Origin: Utricularia gibba
Taxonomy: Eukaryota > Plantae > Magnoliophyta
DNA length: 64,000 nt
Direction of reading: 5' to 3'
NCBI GenBank assembly: GCA_002189035.1
Contig: NEEC01000014.1
Span: forward strand, 1,550,001 to 1,614,000
Under the pieces are notes generated by a model, which saw only the letters and a program-made list of their open reading frames with translations, was not told the DNA's origin and searched no databases. Shown piece after piece: positions 62,951 through 64,000 of the stretch. Numbering within the stretch: position 1 is the stretch's first letter; each line of letters begins with the position of its first letter. The position numbers and the translations under genes were made by a program.

Positions 62951-64000
62951 ATGTCTAATGGAGTTGAACCTTTTTACATCTCTGGTTGGGATCCACTGGT
63001 TTCTCCCAATCAAGATGGAAGTTTTCCTGTAAGCTCTTCGATGGTAACTCAGAGTGCTGCGGCTATTCCACACTTCTCAGCTTTGTTGGAAAGCCAGCAT
63101 ATGGGAATGGGAATGAGAATCCTCAACACTTCAGATATGATGATTGCTGAGGAACACAAACCAGGCTTTTACCACATTTCGTCCCAAAACTTGGAAACAA
63201 AAGGAGGCTCCAATTCTTGCCCAAATTCAGAAAATGGAGGATTACTTGGAGTTTCTCCATCAAATGCAAGGGGCAAAAGAAAGGTAGCAGCTTAGCTTAC
63301 ATCTTTTCTTTTCAGATGAGTTGTAACAGACGAATGATTGCAGGTTGAACAACACCCAAGGATTTCAAGTACGGAGATTGTAGATGATAAGATAAATGAT
63401 TGTGATCCAAATTTTAATTCTAATTATCGAGGCAAGCAGCAGGCAGTTAAACAAGCGAAGGATAACTTGATCAGAGCTGAAAATTCCAAGGAAAATTATG
63501 TTCACGTGAGGGCCAAAAGAGGCCAGGCAACAAACAGCCACAGCCTTGCTGAAAGGGTGTGTAATCCTTCTATTCGTCTGGTCTGATCTTCGCTGTTAGT
63601 TTACTGAACTGAAACTTGTAATTCACAGGTTAGAAGGGAGAAAATCAGTGAGCGGATGAAATTGCTCCAGGACCTTGTTCCAGGATGTAATAAGGTGTGG
63701 GGAATTTCTCAGACTAAAGACATATTTTTGGTTGGGTTGTCTCCCATTAATTCTGCTGTGTGTTCATTTTAAATTTTGAAGATCACTGGCAAAGCTGTGA
63801 TGCTTGATGAGATTATCAACTATGTGCAATCACTGCAGCAACAGGTTGAGGTACGCTGCTGCAATCTCATGACATGTGTAAATCTATTAGTTTTAGTTAT
63901 CTGAAACAATCATGGAAATCTGGGAGGAGATTGACTCACTGTGAATGCAGTTTCTGTCAATGAAGCTAGCTACTGTAAACCCGGAGATCAACATGGATAT
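62951..64000 (+). CDS. bHLH74: bHLH transcription factor, bHLH74/CIB4-like (subfamily XII), 3' end beyond the window
   Basis: N-terminal PFY.SGWDPLVS, NYVHVRAKRGQATNSHSLAER|VRREKISERMKLLQDLVPGCNK|ITGKAVMLDEIINYVQSLQQQVE|FLSMKLATVNPEINMD. Confidence 0.88.

Noticed and set aside
1-64000. tRNA, rRNA, CRISPR arrays, autonomous transposon ORFs, biosynthetic gene cluster
   Set aside because: None seen. The neighbouring genes are functionally unrelated, and their order resembles recalled conserved angiosperm synteny (PGM-TPP-At1g78110-like-VQ-annexin) rather than a pathway cluster.

Overview
Gene-dense flowering-plant nuclear DNA (probably eudicot; species cannot be determined) with short introns and AT-rich intergenic spacers. 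It holds 14 recognisable protein-coding genes, in order: eIF5B, At1g76660-like, dPGM-type phosphoglycerate mutase, trehalose-6-phosphate phosphatase, mTERF, At1g78110-like, VQ protein, annexin, pectin acetylesterase-like, MAK16, ASG2-like WD40/TPR, kinesin-4C, CER2/CER26-like BAHD, and GRF with a miR396 site. The 5' part of a bHLH74-like gene runs off the right end. The ORF track does not make the following evident: a decayed VQ9-like pseudogene (35.6-36.2 kb), a dual-guide box C/D snoRNA with a site II/telo-box promoter and a possible H/ACA neighbour (55.2-55.8 kb), and three MITEs with TIRs and TSDs. Five single-base-missing frameshifts fall in G/C homopolymers of three otherwise intact genes; long-read assembly error is the simplest explanation, although one sits on a perfect A_AAA_AAG slippery heptamer. 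The most novel-looking protein is the acetylesterase, which keeps its Ser-Asp-His triad but has lost both cysteines flanking the catalytic Ser and His. Gene names come from recalled family motifs, not from database searches. No prokaryotic features (CRISPR, operons), tRNA or rRNA genes were seen.
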